This document shows positions 62,361 through 64,000 of a DNA stretch of 64,000 nucleotides, piece by piece. Position numbers and translations under genes: made by a program. How positions within the stretch are numbered: the stretch's first letter is position 1; every line of letters begins with the position of its first letter. The stretch lies in assembly GCA_030704615.1 (NCBI GenBank), contig CM060732.1, positions 5,270,001 through 5,334,000 on the forward strand, read 5' to 3'. The notes beneath the pieces were generated by a model. It was not told where the DNA came from. It saw nothing but the letters and a program-made list of their open reading frames with translations, and made no database searches. This DNA is from Takakia lepidozioides (Eukaryota > Plantae > Bryophyta).

Positions 62361-64000
62361 TGTCGTGCGCATACATATCGCTACACAACTACATCGCTGT
62401 CCAAAACCACACAACATATGTGCACACCAAATACTAGTCTATCACTAGTCCACCACTAGTGCACCACTAGGCTGCCACTAGACAACCACTAGTCACCACT
62501 AGTGCAGCCACTAGTCCACCACTAAGCTGCCACTAGTCCATCATAATCGCCCCCCTAGCTGGCGCTTAGGTCCCTCTAAGTCCAGGTAGCCACAAGATGT
62601 GATAGTGGCCATAGCCTCACTAGGTCCTCCACCACTGTCCCTACTACACTCAAACTCAATAGATCAAGAGGCCGGGTACAAGAGTTGCCCCATCGTTAGT
62701 CGCCGTCTTGCAACCTGTGAACTTGAGCCTGAGATCTTGGGTATTGACTCATATGAGCTTGGCCTCCCACGTCTTGTGAGCTGCCACTAGTCATATCCAC
62801 TGCCACTATCCCAAGCAGTGTGGACATAACTAGTCTCCATCAGGAACCCTCTCAAGAGGTGGTGTCAAGCATCCCATGTGCCAACCTCTTGAGCATCGAT
62901 CACACACCAGCATAGTGGCGGCACCACGAGCATGCCCACATAGTATGCAACACAACCCTGCAAGTACCACTGCAAGGTTGGGATCTATCCTCCCATCCAC
63001 ATGTGGCGCACACTTACGCACATGGTCCTTCCATACCATGCCATCTCAACACTCCTGAAGGCAACACCTCCCTGACCCTTAGAATCACACGTCCTGCTGT
63101 GACATCCAAGGTCATAGGCGTTGTCTGCTGCAGATACACATAGTCCCCAGGGTGGAAACGCCGAACACCTGGCCGATATCCCCCTCCACGTATAGTGACA
63201 TACCTCAATGTGTCTCAGTGTTGGGCAATAGCAAGATTCTCAAAAGCCATAGGCATGACTCTCTTGAACAACTCTGCCCACTGGGCACATGCTTGTGTCC
63301 ACACATCCGGATCATCAAGGTTGAGGACTACTGCAACCTCCCTGCGAATAGACGCAAACAAATCTGGCTCTCGGCCAAAGAGAAGGAAATATGGTGAGAA
63401 GGAGGCAAGTGATGCTTGCTTGCTAAACCTGTAGCCCATGGCTAGCCAAGGTACTTGAAGATCCCAATCTCCTAGGTGTCCTTTTTGCAAGCCATACTTG
63501 CGCAAACCCCTCTTCACCGTCTGCACCACTCTCTCTACCAAGCCATCGGCCTCAAGATGATCCCGAGAAGTGGTACGGTGGTCTATCAAGGCTTTATCAC
63601 ACAAAGCTTGAAACTCCCCCAAGAACTCTCTCCTTTGGTCCGTGCGTACCTCAGCTGGAACACCAAATCGGCTAAGCACACGATCTTGGAATGCATACGC
63701 AGCCCCCTCACTAGCCTTGTCAGGCAATGGAACCAACTCAATCCACTTGGAGAAGTGCTCCACCATCACCAACACGTATCTGTGGTGACGCATCGTCAGT
63801 GGCAAAGGCCCTGCAAAGTCAAGACTCCACCTGTAGCCCAATCCCATGATGGGTAAAGGATGCAACTGTAGTGTAGGGGCGTTGAATGAAGCACGCACCC
63901 TGTCACACACCATGCACCTAGCCACGAACTGTTGCACCTCTGTGTGCATACCACGCCACCAATACTGCCCCTGCAGTAAACTATGAGTGCGTTGCACTCC
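62361..64000 (-). mobile_element. Ty3/gypsy 3' end: integrase, PHD finger, PPT and terminal repeat
   Basis: YWWRGM...CMVCDR, WSLDFAGPLP...EHFSKWIE...TDQRREF...ADGLVER integrase; PHD CILCG...MLVCDRCSRGWHMGCLTPPL..VP.GD; PPT AGGGGGGCG at about 62549-62557 (minus); repeat 62546-62361 ending GCACGACA. Confidence 0.9.

Noticed and set aside
62430-62546. CRISPR-like array of CCACTAG repeats (also 59055-59142)
   Set aside because: Short 10-13-bp minisatellite units with no unique spacers and no cas genes, in a eukaryotic retroelement terminus.

Overview
Eukaryotic nuclear DNA with spliceosomal introns, most likely from a non-seed land plant (inferred from the bryophyte-style PLS-PPR/DYW sequences and the TE families; the species cannot be determined here). 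1-12.7 kb: the 3' part of a multi-exon RME-8/GRV2-like gene that appears to lack the J domain and carries an SEA-like module and a Pro/Ser-rich region. Its introns hold a PIF/Harbinger remnant and a complete TRIM whose LTRs are built from a tRNA-like cloverleaf. 13.5-37 kb: nested, decayed retroelements, namely a Ty3/gypsy family with an extra ORF and a dUTPase-like domain, a Ty3/gypsy carrying a C5-cytosine DNA methyltransferase, a chromovirus, two LINEs and a solo LTR. 40-57 kb is the most striking part: three head-to-tail units with Helentron/HLE2-style termini. Each unit is a same-strand mosaic of host gene pieces dominated by PLS-PPR/DYW RNA-editing-factor modules, plus OSB-type PDF motifs, a P450 fused in frame to PPR, a DPB4-like exon and a nearly whole SEC-C motif gene. 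57-64 kb: a rearranged intron-containing gene ending in an N4/N6-MTase-like domain, an inverted PPR block and the 3' end of an integrase-PHD Ty3/gypsy. All family assignments come from motif recognition by eye; no database searches were run.
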